A stretch of DNA of 63,584 bases, counting the filler, from Octopus bimaculoides (Eukaryota), in assembly GCF_001194135.2 (NCBI RefSeq). It is 6 parts of 6 records of this genome, joined end to end, with 100 filler letters (N's around TTAATTAATTAA, not from the genome) between each part and the next. Parts side by side here need not be neighbours in the genome. Positions count along the whole stretch, not along the records: positions 31,588 to 49,388 come from NC_068993.1; positions 49,489 to 59,212 come from NW_026416016.1; 4 more parts are not named here. The stretch is one strand, 5' to 3'. The notes under the pieces were generated by a model. The model was not told the origin of the DNA. It saw only the letters and a list, made by a program, of their open reading frames with translations, and did no database searches. Made by a program: the position numbers and the translations under genes. Position 1 is the first letter of the stretch, and each line of letters opens with the position of its first letter. Positions 37,733-49,645 of this stretch are shown here, in pieces.

Positions 37733-37767
37733 TACTGTCACTCTTTCTTATTCGCTCTCTCTCTCTT

Positions 37768-37822
<55 letters not shown>

Positions 37823-38006
37823 TATTCTCTCTCTTTCTCCTATTCTCTCTTGCTCTCTCTTTCTCTTATACTCTCTCTCCCTCTCTCTCTCTATCTATCT
37901 ATCTCTCTCTCTCTCTCTTTCTCTTATTCTCTCCCTCTTATTCTCTCTCTCTCTTATTGTCACTCTCTCTCTCTCTCTCTCTTATTGTCACTCTCTCTCT
38001 CTCTCT
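37475..38006. repeat. (CT)n array punctuated by CTTATT(C/G) spacers
   Basis: Read directly. Confidence 0.92.
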
Positions 38007-38472
38007 NNNNNNNNNNNNNNNNNNNNNNNNNNNNNNNNNNNNNNNNNNNNNNNNNNNNNNNNNNNNNNNNNNNNNNNNNNNNNNNNNNNNNNNNNNNNNN
38101 NNNNNNNNNNNNNNNNNNNNNNNNNNNNNNNNNNNNNNNNNNNNNNNNNNNNNNNNNNNNNNNNNNNNNNNNNNNNNNNNNNNNNNNNNNNNNNNNNNNN
38201 NNNNNNNNNNNNNNNNNNNNNNNNNNNNNNNNNNNNNNNNNNNNNNNNNNNNNNNNNNNNNNNNNNNNNNNNNNNNNNNNNNNNNNNNNATAATGTCATT
38301 GTTGATGGTGTGGAAGTCAGAGCTGATGGTTTTGCCGCTTCAGCATCTCGGATTTCTTGGTGCTGGGGCTCCCAAGAAACCATCAATACCAAGAATTCGG
38401 ACACGAAAATTTCTTATTTTTCTCGAAATCTTTTTTATTCCATCTTTCTCTCTTCCTTTTCCCTTACAGTTA

Positions 38473-38518
<46 letters not shown>

Positions 38519-38754
38519 CTTTCTTTCTTTCTCTCTCTCTCTCTCTCTCTCATCCCCCACCATCACCACCACCATACACACATAGCCACACTCAGTTTGT
38601 CTTCTTTTGAGTTTTTGTCACATCACTATCTTTGGGGAGTATCTCTGTTATTTGGTCACGTTTTCTCTCTAATTATCTCACTCTACTTCTCTTAGTTTCT
38701 CCTCTTTTAAGTCCGTAAAGCCAGGTCTTCAAATGAAATATACTAAACAGACGA

Positions 38755-39010
38755 AAGATGGAAGGGATACTGGGAGCTGGCCACGGGTTTGGAAAGACTG
38801 TTAATATTTCCACTCATAAAAACGACAAAAAGACCGGACTTAATCCTATGGAACACAGAACGGAGAATTGGAATTTTGCTAGAGCTGACAGTGCCAGGGG
38901 AAAAAAACATCGCCGATGCAAAAAACAGGGATGGACTGTCGAGTATTACCACCTGGCAGTGGGGGCTAGAGGCTTCATTGAAAGGAAAATATCTGCTCAC
39001 TTGACTGCTT
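38755..39010 (+). mobile_element. Restriction-like endonuclease fragment of a non-LTR element (HERO-like)
   Basis: KRPDLILWNTERRIGILLELTVPGEKNIADA and GWTVEYYHLAVGARGFI match RPDlvlW..LELTVPwE.n...A and GW..eVGaRG. Confidence 0.72.
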
Positions 39011-39393
39011 TCTCACTAACATATTGACTGCCATCGCTTTCTCTCTCTCTATTTCTCCCATTCTGTCCACCTTCCACCCAAGCATCTATTATCCAGTCCA
39101 CCGCCCTTTATAATTCTTTTTTCATGCTCCCACATTGCTAAAACGTGATACAGAGGCAGAATCAAACCAAACAATTTGACAAAGATTTTATACATATATA
39201 TATATATATATATAGTGTGTGTGTATCTATATCTATATATCTATAAATGTGCGTATTTTGCATGTGTACGATTTCACATTTGAATGTGTGTATGTATGAA
39301 TGAATACATGTATGCATTTATGTGTGCACGTATATATGCACGTATATGTGCAAATATGTAGCTAGCGAGATAGGTAGATTGATGTACAGACAG

Positions 39394-39443
<50 letters not shown>

Positions 39444-39954
39444 ATATCGCAATCCTTAATTCGGAAAACGCTAACTCACAGAATTTTTTAAACAAACATT
39501 CATTTTTGTTGAAATCAAATCAATGCATTCAGATCTTTAAAAAAATAAACAAATGTGATAAATATTCACAACTAGAATTTAATAATCAATTTTTTCTAAG
39601 GTTTTTATTTTGTGGAAGTTTGATTGTTTTTAAAAATCCTTCTAATTATGTTTACTGGAAGTTTCTTTTGCAAAAATGCAAGCTTTAATTTGCACCATTC
39701 TTTCTGCACGGTTGCAAATAAATATTCTGTGCTTTTAGAAATTATTGAATTTTTTGTTTTAATGGCTCAACCAAAGAAGGAATGGTAGTGCCAATGACCT
39801 TTCTCAGAACTTTTGATTCTGATAGAAGGAAGTTTTTCTTCGACTAAACACCTAGTTTGCATGCTTGTAGCAAAGTTCACACTGAAAAAAAGGTATCCAA
39901 AGGCCAAGTGTTGGTATTGAACCGAGCAATGGGTTAAGTCAGCGACACATAAAC

Positions 39955-40050
39955 ATGGCGGCTTCTTACGATGTTCCGTCTGCTAAACTTCACTCACAAG
40001 ACATTGGCCGACCTAATGCTATGGCAGAAGACACTTTCCCATGATATTAC
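39955..40050 (-). mobile_element. SINE family B fragment
   Basis: ACTCACAAGACATTGGCCGACC..CTATGGCAGAAGACACTT. Confidence 0.65.
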
Positions 40051-40180
40051 ATTGCTGGTCAAATGATTTGCCGTGAATTCTCGACTGAGAAACAATAACA
40101 GTGTAAAGGATATTACAAGTTTAAGTAGGAATGGTTCTTAACAGTAAATGATAAGTTTAATTGTTGTGAGAATGGAAGAA

Positions 40181-40214
40181 TCTGACGTTTTGGGTTCTTA
40201 TCCTTCATCAGAGT
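40181..40214 (-). ncRNA. Decayed minimal hammerhead motif
   Basis: Minus strand: CT CTGATGA A GGAT AAGA ACCC AAAA CGTC AG. G12 has become A and stem II has one mismatch; same layout as 20706-20738. Confidence 0.35.
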
Positions 40215-40702
40215 ATAAACAAGAGTCAGAAGCAGAGAGTTCGAGAGGAAGAGAGAGACTGATAGTGTTGCTTTCGTTGCGATGAAGAGAATGAAATAAA
40301 TAATGAACGTGTAAAGTTAAACACCGGACCTTCCATACACAGACTCATTTCGACTTTTTGCTTTTCGTTTGAAGAAATTGCAAGCTAACGACTGAAGTGA
40401 CAACGCTTCCCTATTTTCCTCACTTTGAGACAAAGAGCAAAAGCCAGTCGGAAATATTGCATTCTACAATACTAACAGTAATTTATAGAATTCTTCAGCC
40501 AAATCCCATTGGAACTAGCACCGAAAATGGCCACCACTTGTTTCCTTGCTTTACAGATTATTTTCCTAAGTTGAATATTGTAAACAAAAAAAAAAAGGCA
40601 GATGGTTTTCTTAAATAAAATAGCTCCAAGTGATCCTTTATCAAATATACCTACATCAATATATATATATATTCATGATTGAAACAAGTAAAAGATGTGT
40701 GA

Positions 40703-40772
<70 letters not shown>

Positions 40773-40939
40773 GTGTGTGTGTGTGTGTTTCAATTGTGAG
40801 ATGAAAGTGGACAAATGAATTTGTTGTTATTTAATAAAATTAGTTGGTTGAGTCGGCTGGCCTTTCAAAAGCCAGAGATGCGTAGGAAAATTCACTGAAA
40901 CAAAACAAGCTGACGATAGTGAAATGGCTGCTAACCACT

Positions 40940-41310
40940 AAAGAGGTTTTCTGCCTCCAACGTCTCTAATCAAAGACCATCTTCCTTGGTTTTGATGCTC
41001 TACATAGAATAATTCACGGGAATCATTCATTTCCGTTTTTTTTCTTCGCATGCTGTTTCTCTTTAGCAGCAGGGCAACTATGATCAGAGGCGTACCAGCC
41101 GTGACCATCCTGTGAAAAACAGTGTATTTTCGTTTTTTAAAGACGTTACGATGTGGTTTGAGAGAAAATTGGCTGTTCTTTCTAGTGATTGTATAAAGAC
41201 TGCTTCGTTGGCATGATTTTCGTTGACCTTTCTTTTGATGGTCCAAAGACTATGACATTTATCATGAAGAGAAAGAATCATCGCTTCTTGGAATGGTGTC
41301 ATAATCTCTT
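40940..41310 (-). mobile_element. Tc1/Tc3-like transposase relic
   Basis: MTPFQEAMILSLHDKCHSLWTIKRKV resembles a Tc3 N-terminal HTH; a downstream GATGGTCACGGCTGGTAC remnant lies in the position of the DG...YW motif. Confidence 0.45.
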
Positions 41311-41899
41311 CTTTTTTTTTTCTTTTTTTAGGGAAAAAAAACATCAGGTCTAAAAGAGACGGAGAATTAATTTTCTAGTCTCTAATTACGTGAATAATGA
41401 CACATAATAACAAACTTTAATAATAAAAAAAATTAATTAAATTAAAACGTTGCACAAACAACTGAAGTGATAGGAGCAAAATTGAAATGAAGGAACCAAA
41501 AAAAAAACTATAAAAGAATAAATACTGCTATAAAAATCGTTTTTTAAAGAAACGAAAATCAAAACAATAAAAAAAATATTGCAGTAAATAATTTATAACC
41601 AGAAACTGAATTCTTCCGAAATGTTTTGCATTTATTTGAAGAAGAAAATCCCCAAAAAGCAAATAATTATTTGAGCGTTCCATTATTTTCATTTGTTTCT
41701 CCAAATATGTCCTGCAATGCACACATATATATACATATATACATTTACAACAAACCTGTAACTGTCCCTCATCTACGAAACGAAGATCAGGCTCGCCTGT
41801 CGTTTTTCTACGCATGTTAATGAAAATGGGCATTTATTCTCAATTTCTTGAAATTATCTCCCCTTCTCCCTAAGAGTTGCTAAAAATTGCTTATTCTTT

Positions 41900-42059
41900 G
41901 TAAGCCTAGTACTTATTCTATCGGTTTTTCTTTTGCCAAACCGCTAAGTTGGTTCAGTCCCAATGCGTGGCACCGTGAGCAAGTGTCTCCTACTATAGCC
42001 TCAGGTTGACCAAAGCTTTGTGAGTGGATTTAGTAGACGGAAACTGAAAGAAGCTCGTC

Positions 42060-42096
<37 letters not shown>

Positions 42097-42240
42097 TGTG
42101 TCTGTGTTTGTCCCCCCAACATCGCTTGACCGATGCTGGTGTGTTTATGTCCCCGTAACATAGCGGTTCGGCAAAAGAGAAAAGTCCTGGGGTCGATTTG
42201 TTCGACTAAAGGCGGTGCTCTAGCATGGCCGTAGTCAAAA
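41900..42240. mobile_element. SINE family B: short minus-strand tail fused to a 5'-clipped plus-strand copy
   Basis: GCCTAGTACTTATTCTATCGG (minus tail) is joined to GGTTCAGTCCC..GGCGGTGCTCTAGCATGGCCG. Confidence 0.8.
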
Positions 42241-42719
42241 AAAAATTTAAGAATATTGGGTATTTCTCATCCAGACATTCTTTTAGTCTCTTCCTTTAGC
42301 CTATCAAGGGATCTTCCTTAATCTCTCTATAAAACTGGTATAGGTCTTGCTTCAGTTCGAAATTCCGCTGGAATTTCTCACGGTACTTCCAAATTCTGCC
42401 GATAACTGACTCCAGGTTCTTTTCTCGTCAAGGTGTACGTAATTACAATTTTCAACCTGGTTTCTATTAGTTTAATTTCGCAGTTCCATTACCGCTTCGA
42501 TAGTTTCAAAGGAGATTTTGTTTCCATATTTTCATGTAAGATATCTAGTTATCTTCTTTTTTTTTTTTTTGTTGTTGCTTTGTTTGTTTCGTTTTTTTAT
42601 TATTATTATTATTATTATTTTCACCAGGCTTGTATTAATGGCAAAAAATACAGGGTATATTGGTCATTATCCGGGAGAATGAATAGTTCTCTATGTCAAT
42701 GAGTTTGCATTCGACGCCA

Positions 42720-43078
42720 TGATGGATGGATGGCTGGCTGGCTGGCTGGATGGATGGATGGATGGATGGATGGATGTGCATTCGTGTATACCTATTTGGG
42801 TGTGCGCGCGTGTGAGTGGGTATCTCTCCGTGCATAATCAGAAGAAATCAATATTTGCGACGATCGTTGAGAGTTCAATTCATAGATGCCAAGGATTGAA
42901 ACACCAGGAGCATTAATCATCGATTGCTCGAATTCTCCGGCCATCGATCAAACATCATCGTCATCATCATCATCATCGTCATCATCATAATCATCTCCAT
43001 CCCCATCACCACCATTACCCCCACCATCATCGTCGTCGTCGTTGTCGTCGTCATCATCATCACCATCATCACAACTCT

Positions 43079-43137
<59 letters not shown>

Positions 43138-43160
43138 TTATTATTATTATTATTATTATT
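42720..43160. repeat. (GATG/GCTG)n plus (CAT), (CTA), (TTA) microsatellites
   Basis: Read directly. Confidence 0.92.
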
Positions 43161-43667
43161 TAATTGTAACCAGAAAAATGTAATAAAATAAAAAAAAGAC
43201 AAGAGCAACACATCTCTTTAAACATCAACAGATTTTTCTAGATTCAACTCCCAACGGTCTTATCAACTTCAAATATCGCTTGATTCACTGATATGCCTGG
43301 ATTATCATTCATTTATTTGACGGGGTTTTTTTAAGAATTTATTTGTAGAGGGGTTTGTTTTGTTTCTATTTAGTTTTTTTATACACCTGGCCATTAATTT
43401 TGCTTCAACCGTAGCATATTTCCTGTCATGTGCTTAACATTTTTATTGTCTCCAGTGATAAATCTCTTGTCCTGTTGGTTAATTTCTTTTTAATGCTCTG
43501 CCAAAGAGCATCGAGAGACTTTTTGTTTTTAATTCTTCCATGCAAACGTTTTAATTTTTCAAACTCAGTATGTGTTCAACTCATTCTGTCCTCGCATTCT
43601 TCTGTTCTTATATTCTTTCGTTCGTGTATTTTGTATTTTGGAAAAAAAAAAGGAAGAATTACCCGCA

Positions 43668-44040
43668 AATGTGGCTGTGTGGTAAGAAGTCTGCTTCCCA
43701 GTCACATGGCTTTGGGTTCAGTCCCTCAGCGCGGTACCCTGTGCAAGTGTCTTCTGCTATAGCCTCCGGCCGACCAACACCTTGTGACTGGATTTGGTGG
43801 ACGGAAACTGAAAGAAGCCCGTCATATATGTGTCGGGGAGGTGTCATTGTGTCTGTGTTTGTCCCCCACCACAGCTTGATAACCGGTGTTGGAGTGTTGG
43901 CGTCCTCATAACTTAGCGGACCGATAGAATAAGTACCAAGGTTTTAAAAAAAGACTACTACTGGGGTCGATTCGTCCGACGAAAATTCTTCAAGGCGGTG
44001 CCCCAGCATGGCCGTAGTTTAATGACGAAACAAGTAAGAG
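43668..44040 (+). mobile_element. Near full-length SINE family B
   Basis: TGTGGCTGTGTGGTAAG head, GGGTTCAGTCCC and the family tail. Confidence 0.88.
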
Positions 44041-45556
44041 AAGGATCTTTCGCTTATAGCCATGTTATTCTAGCATCATATTGTTGTTGTTTTTGTTATT
44101 GTTTAACCCTAGGAAAGCCTTAGCCGAGCAGACCTTTGATCGAATGTGTTCCAATCATGCCTATCCTTACCTCTCTTCTTACATTCCTCCGTTTTGGGTG
44201 ACTTCGTCTTTTATTTCTGGCCAGTTATTGAGGCATCATTACATTTTCCCTTTTTTATTTAACCCCAAGTCGTCTGCCACTGAACAGATCAATGATCAAA
44301 AGCCTTCTAACGATGACCATCCTACCTCTATCTAACATTACATCATCCAATGCCATCATGGCTCAGGTATCGTCTGTTTTTAACGTCGAAAAAGGAATGA
44401 TTTAAGAGAAATATGGCAGTTATTTTGAAATGATCGAGAAAATACGTTGAATTTTCTTGTTTTATCACCTTGGAAAAGCAGGCTGATGATCAAAGACTTT
44501 CCAACCGCGATTATCCCGCCTCCTTTTTCTAGCTTTCATTATCAAATGCACCATTCTATTTTTAAAACGATTTAATAAAATATGGATGAGATTTAACTTG
44601 CATATCTAGCAAATCGAGTGACCACGTACCATTTTGGTTTCCGTTAATAGTGTTCAGGTAACACGGGAAGGAGTAACTACAGAATGACATCGTACAAGGA
44701 GAAAACTCTTACGAAGTCGTTAATATAAGGAATGTCGGCCATTATTTAGATTTTAAAAAAACCTTACTCTCTCAACCCTTTTAACGCGGAAATCAGATAT
44801 AGCCACTTGAAATTTCATTACTCTTAACTGCAAATAGCAGTTTTATATACCGTTCTGTTTTGTTGAGGAATGTCAAGTTTATTGGGGCAACGTGACTTGC
44901 AGAAAATACCAATTCTTTTTTTTTTTATTCGGTAGATATTTAATATCAATTCTGGAATAATCATGGAATTTAATTTTGTAGTGAAAAGGTTAACAAAAGA
45001 AATTACGGAAAAGATTCATTGAATAATTTAGATATAGAAACACTAAGCCTGAAAAAACATACGGAGTGGTCGCGACAAGAACGCCTTTGATCATAGGTCT
45101 GTTCGATCAAGGCTGACTGGAGGCTGAATAACAACAACAACAGTAACAGCAACAACAATGACTGCTATTGTAGTTTAGACTAAAATTGTATTGCAACGAA
45201 TATGAATTTTTCTGTTTTGTTCAGCTGACTTTACCTTCAACATATATAATCCCTTAGAATGTGTTTTAAATCCTTTGAAGTTTTATTTGGTCTGAGAACA
45301 CATGAAGCTTTTGAAAGATTAAGCAGTTTTCAAGAAGGCAGGAAAATCTCTGCGTTTCTTTTCGCGGAAACACAAAGCGAAAGAAATCGAATCATATGAC
45401 AGGGTATTACAATTGATGCAAATGCGCACAAACAAATGCACACAAACGCACACACATGCACGCAAACCTGTACATTATATATATATATTTGTAATGTTCT
45501 TGTCTTTCTCACAGCTTGCAGCCATTATACTCTACAACAACAAACCACATTGCAAT

Positions 45557-45616
45557 ATAATATAATATGATATAATATAATATAATATAATATAATATAA
45601 TATAATATAATATAAT
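45557..45616. repeat. (ATATA)n pentanucleotide microsatellite
   Basis: Read directly. Confidence 0.92.
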
Positions 45617-47059
45617 GCATTACACGACGTCTCACACACACTGTAACAATACACCAGACTACACTGAATAAAGCCACACTCGACAACAGTAAATGAAACT
45701 ACTCCACTCTATACGCACAGCTCTTGAGTGAAGCACAGGGAATCAAGTGCAGCAGTAATAAAGCTTCGTTATAATGTGAGTGAAATATTTTCTACTATAA
45801 CCTCGGGCCAACAAAATCCTAGAGGGGTGAATCTGCTAGACATAAACTGAAAGAAACCCGTCATATATATATGTGTGTGTGTGTGTCTAATGACTGAAAT
45901 AGGTAAATATTCTTCTTTTTTTTTACCTTCGCTTTCTCGCTCCAATTCTGTCTCCATTTCTGTTACATTAATATTTAAAGTAGTCTCTGCGTTTTCATAT
46001 TTATTCCAGACTTCAGTCGACTTTCTGCATTGCTTTTTCGCGCTTTTCCCTCCCCCACTCTCTCTCTCTCTTTCACACACACACACGCACGCACTTATAT
46101 TCCCCACCACCACCTCTATCCGACACCATAACACGCTTTCTCTCTTCATTTATTCCTCAATTCTTGTTACATATCACCAGTTTATCTGATGAACTCAGCC
46201 AGTTATGTTCTGATAGAAATTAGCTCAATCATTTGTCTTCTCAAAAATGTTCGCTTGTCGAGTCACCATTACTGTCAGCGATAATTGTCTTTTCTTGAAT
46301 CGACGAGAAGATCACACGAATTCAGGGCAATTAGTGCCCAAACCCACCCTACTGATCCCCCCGCCTCCTTTTCTCACTTCATTTCCTTTGCCTCTCTTTT
46401 TCTCCTTGCTCTTTCTCTCACACAGTTCTTCTCTCTCTCTCTTCCTTTGTCTTTCTCATGCACCAATGTCCTACGATTTCTTTCTTCACAAAATAGTTCC
46501 CATTTGTCTTCTTGTCGCCCATCATCAAACGCACCATCAGCTACCAACAAAAATTTGAGATTTTTTCTGGAGTTTTTTTATATAGTTTTATATTTATTTT
46601 CTTTTTTTCTTCGGCAGCGAGGGCGTTATTTCAAAACCAACAACTAAAACATACACCATTAACCATCACCACCACCATCACCACAATAAACGCAAGAAGT
46701 GATAAGACAATTCTTTACAAATGGAAGCACGTTTTCAAATACATCTTTCTATTAGTGTTTATGAAAGCGAAAGAGAATAGAGAAGAGGGGGGGCGGGCTG
46801 GACGTATTACTTGTTGCAACAGTAATTGTCTGTTCTCTCAATAATGAAATGAAATGACAACAACGATCGCGTTCATTGTTGAAGTGTCATTACGTACCGA
46901 AGATAAGATCTACCCGAATACTTTACAACGACGAGATTTATAAGTGTATATCGGTGGGGGTTGTTGGCATCTTTATCTATTCTCTTTTCTATGGAGTGGA
47001 ATAATTAGCGATTTGTCAACAGAGTCAGCATGGAAATATAAAACTGTTCATGTTACAAA

Positions 47060-47297
47060 AAGATATTGATTTCAAATTTTGTTATAGGGCCAGCAATTTC
47101 GGTGCGGAAGGGATGTAAAATGATTACATCGATCCCAGTGCTCAAAATGGTACTTATTTTATCGATCCCGACAAGATGAGAGGCAAAGTCGAACTTTTGA
47201 ACTCAGAACGTGAGGACGGAATTTGAACTCAGAACGAAAAGGACGAAATGCCGCTAAGCATTTAATCCGGCATGCTAACCATTCTGCCAGCTCGCCA
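47060..47297 (-). mobile_element. SINE family A with a small internal duplication (TTGAACTCAGAACG twice)
   Basis: GGCAAAGTCGA, TTGAACTCAGAACG and CATTCTGCCAGCTCGCC head. Confidence 0.85.
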
Positions 47298-47705
47298 AAA
47301 AGGATGTATTCCATCTCAATCACAGATTTTTTAATTAATTTTTTAACTAAACAGTTTGAAATTTCGAATACTGGTAGAATTTCTCACATAGAACACGGTT
47401 TACTCTGAACGTTTTTGACCAAATTTCAGATTTTAGAAGATTTTTCATGTTAAAGTTGTCGTATTTGGGTAATTTCAACAAATCAATGACGTGTATTCGG
47501 TTGAAGAAAGCTACTGCTGTTNNNNNNNNNNNNNNNNNNNNNNNNNNGTTTTGTTTTCGCCTATAAAAGACTGCAACAAATTTCCTCTCTATGATCGCCA
47601 CTACCACCCTCTTCAATATGACTGGCACAGGTGTCTCAGCTGTTGCTGTTGATGATGGTTGGTGGCGTTTACATATTATTTCCCCTTTCTTCCCATTCGT
47701 TTTCT

Positions 47706-47737
<32 letters not shown>

Positions 47738-47988
47738 CTCTCTCTCTCCCTCTCTCTCCTTCATTCTCGTGTATAAACACAAACGCCGCCATGTTAAATT
47801 AAATATTTTTTTAAAAGAAAAGAGTGTTTTTGAAAATTGGAAAACGAAAACGACGCCCCAAAAATGGAAACTAGAAAGATTCCATACGGGGGCGGGGGGC
47901 GTCGTTTATGGAAAAATAAATGCCTTGAATGGCAACAAATATACCAAATCCCACTGAGTGATAAAAGTTCGTGACACCCACTACAGCA

Positions 47989-48054
<66 letters not shown>

Positions 48055-48824
48055 TTCATTTATCTAGCCATGGAGAGCAATTACATACCGTTTTATTCAT
48101 GCATACAAAATACGAAACGTTAAAACTAGAGGGGGCTTACCAAAAGGTTTTGAAAAGAAATAATTTGGATAAAGAAAGGTAGGAGGTGAGAAAATTTGTT
48201 TTAAACAGAGTGAAAATAATTATAATTATATGGAATAATTACAAAGATTAGAGAAACTGACGATTATTAAAATAATATATAAAAGAGGGAAAAACACGTC
48301 ACCTTACTCCACACTCTTTCCCTGTTGAATTCGTTGGACGCTGGCCCTTATAACTCGCCGTGCCCACTCCTTTGTTCCATCGATGGAATATGATGTTGCT
48401 TTGTCTTCAATTTGTTTTGTTTTTCTTTTTATATTTAAGTCATTGGTTCTAACACTTCCTTTTCGCGTGTCTTCTATTGTACAAGTTCTAAATTAGAAGA
48501 TCCGTCGGTATGTTTAATTAATGTTCGGTGGGGTGGGGGTGCTTGTTTATTAACTTCAGTGCAACCACTACTCTAGCAAGCTACTCTTTCTACCATTTTC
48601 TGAGACGAACACATTACAGTACGTAGACTATTACAAATGGTTATTTATCAAAATATGTGAACTTTTTCAGAAATGTCTAAAGCCACACTTGTCATCAATT
48701 CAAGTATTTCGGAACTAATTGATGATAAAAAGAATCAAACAAAATCTTTCTTACATCGTAATCTTGGATTGAGGAAAATCTTCTACTCCGAGCTCTGTGA
48801 AGACATGACCAACCACAGCGAACC

Positions 48825-49045
48825 ACCATCACCACCTTATGGCACTTGCGGCGACAACAAGATCATTCCACCTTCCAACACTGAAAGCGTCCTTGACAGT
48901 TTGTTCCATTGGTAACCCTTCTGCTTTTAAGATCTTTTGTTATTGTTCCCCGCCACGTTTCCTTTGGTCAGCCAAGTCTTCTTTTACCTTGTGGAACCCA
49001 TTGCAAAGCGATCCTGACAATTGGGTTCGCTTTATAGCGACAAAC
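48825..49045 (-). mobile_element. 3' end of an RTE-clade LINE
   Basis: Minus frame ANPIVRIALQWVPQGKRRLG*PKETWRGTITKDL matches the RTE C-terminal AL.W.P.GkR.rGRPk.TW. Confidence 0.75.
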
Positions 49046-49388
49046 TCGACCCAGGAGGGGGGAGAACGACGATGATGATGATGATTTCTTTTATTTGCCT
49101 CAGGGGTGTCGAATGAAGGACACATTACAAAGACAGGTAAGATGGATTAAGGGCGAGGGTAGGTTATACAAAAATTGAGTGAAAAAAAAATCCTGCTGGA
49201 CCAAAATTTCCGTTTCACAAAGAATTCGGTTGGTTAACAGAAGCAGGAGGCGCTCCGAGATGCCCACCCCACAGAGAAAAGGTGGGATGATTAGGGGCTG
49301 GATTACCTTTGATCAAAGGTAAACCGTAGCGTTGATCGGGATCCCGGGGAAGCACAATGGATCTGACACTTGCATATGTCATAGCAAT

Positions 49389-49488
49389 NNNNNNNNNNNN
49401 NNNNNNNNNNNNNNNNNNNNNNNNNNNNNNNNTTAATTAATTAANNNNNNNNNNNNNNNNNNNNNNNNNNNNNNNNNNNNNNNNNNNN
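49389..49488. other. Artificial assembly spacer
   Basis: 44 N + TTAATTAATTAA + 44 N. Confidence 0.95.
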
Positions 49489-49600
49489 GAGAATTAACAT
49501 TGCTTGTTTTCACTTTTTCGATATCAGTGAAGAATTTCACTGGAAAAGTATACATAAGATTGCCAAGAATTTATCTCTCTCATCAAAGATCAGTGGCTAT

Positions 49601-49645
49601 CGGACGCTGACGAAGGGAAATAACCCTGAAACCTGGGTCCGTTCG
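49601..49645 (+). ncRNA. Intact type I hammerhead ribozyme
   Basis: CGGACG CTGACGA AGGG AAATAA CCCT GAAA CC TG GG TC CGTTCG. Full core, 4-bp stem II, 3-bp stem III, GUC triplet (cleavage 49639/49640), 6-bp stem I that extends to 49561-49684. Confidence 0.85.

Noticed and set aside
36490-38006. Regularly spaced repeats considered as a CRISPR-like array
   Set aside because: No unique spacers, low-complexity units, eukaryotic context and no cas genes.
40905-40935. CTGACGATAGTGAAA spacing like a hammerhead core
   Set aside because: No stem II and no stem I or III pairing.
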